Assembly: GCA_030611385.1 (NCBI GenBank)
Contig: JAUWPV010000004.1
Span: forward strand, 31,295-95,294
Direction of reading: 5' to 3'
Origin: Bacillota bacterium
GTDB lineage: Bacteria; Bacillota; Dethiobacteria; DTU022
Length of the DNA stretch: 64,000 bases
Shown piece after piece: positions 63,935-64,000 of the stretch. Numbering within the stretch: position 1 is the stretch's first letter; each line of letters starts with the position of its first letter. The position numbers and the translations under genes were made by a program. The notes under the pieces are model-generated. The model saw only the letters and a list, made by a program, of their open reading frames with translations, had not been told where the DNA came from and did not search any database.

Positions 63935-64000
63935 TTCTTCTGACACATTAATTGCACTTGTTAATCTGGATCTATTGCAAATTGCAGTGTGTCAGAAGAA
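63935..64000. repeat. 13-bp perfect inverted repeat separated by 40 nt, cut by the window end
   Basis: TTCTTCTGACACA (63935-63947) pairs with TGTGTCAGAAGAA (63988-64000). The spacer contains two copies of AATTGCA. Confidence 0.4.

Overview
The window is 64 kb of chromosome. Gene content suggests an anaerobic, Gram-positive-type bacterium (Clostridia, possibly Peptococcaceae/Desulfotomaculum/Pelotomaculum-like). That guess is an inference from strong AGGAGG ribosome-binding sites, a T-box leader, Rex, CCA-encoded tRNAs and the redox and propionate genes.

Order of content:
- **selB 3' end and selD.** The ORF track misses the selD N-terminus because it contains an in-frame UGA (selenocysteine).
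- **Eight-gene redox cluster.** HdrD-like Fe-S protein, etfB, etfA, hdrA, mvhD/flxD, and three Flx/Asr-like Fe-S/flavin subunits.
- **Small genes.** rseC-like and asd.
- **Pyrimidine/hydantoin catabolism.** A carbamoyl-amidohydrolase plus dihydropyrimidinase pair behind a long structured leader.
- **Further small genes.** Dodecin, a BFN-domain protein, an EamA transporter and tRNA-Leu.
- **Methylmalonyl-CoA pathway operon.** An enhancer-binding-protein-like regulator with degenerate motifs, then sucCD-like genes, split B12 mutase, epimerase and carboxyltransferase.
- **Arginine genes.** A T-box leader, then argG and argH. argH appears to start at CTG.
- **Uptake/activation block.** DUF4212 plus a sodium:solute symporter, two PaaK-like ligases, and a histidine kinase with a receiver protein.
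- **Housekeeping block.** Radical SAM, DUF503, a methyltransferase, rex and a five-tRNA cluster.
- **Minus-strand block.** nrdJ (class II RNR) carrying a LAGLIDADG intein, a hypothetical protein, an HD-GYP protein and a DUF5317 protein.
- **pyrG, then glnA and an ANTAR regulator,** with an unexplained structured spacer between glnA and the regulator.
- **FHA/PP2C/Hanks-kinase cluster.** Six genes, including a catalytically dead trypsin-like ectodomain and a 7-repeat propeller kinase.
- **purF and guaA.**
- **AT-rich segment after guaA.** The composition drops sharply and the segment encodes a rifampin-phosphotransferase-like PEP-utilizing enzyme.

No CRISPR array, rRNA or transposase was seen. 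All family calls come from reading the translations by eye. No database search was run.
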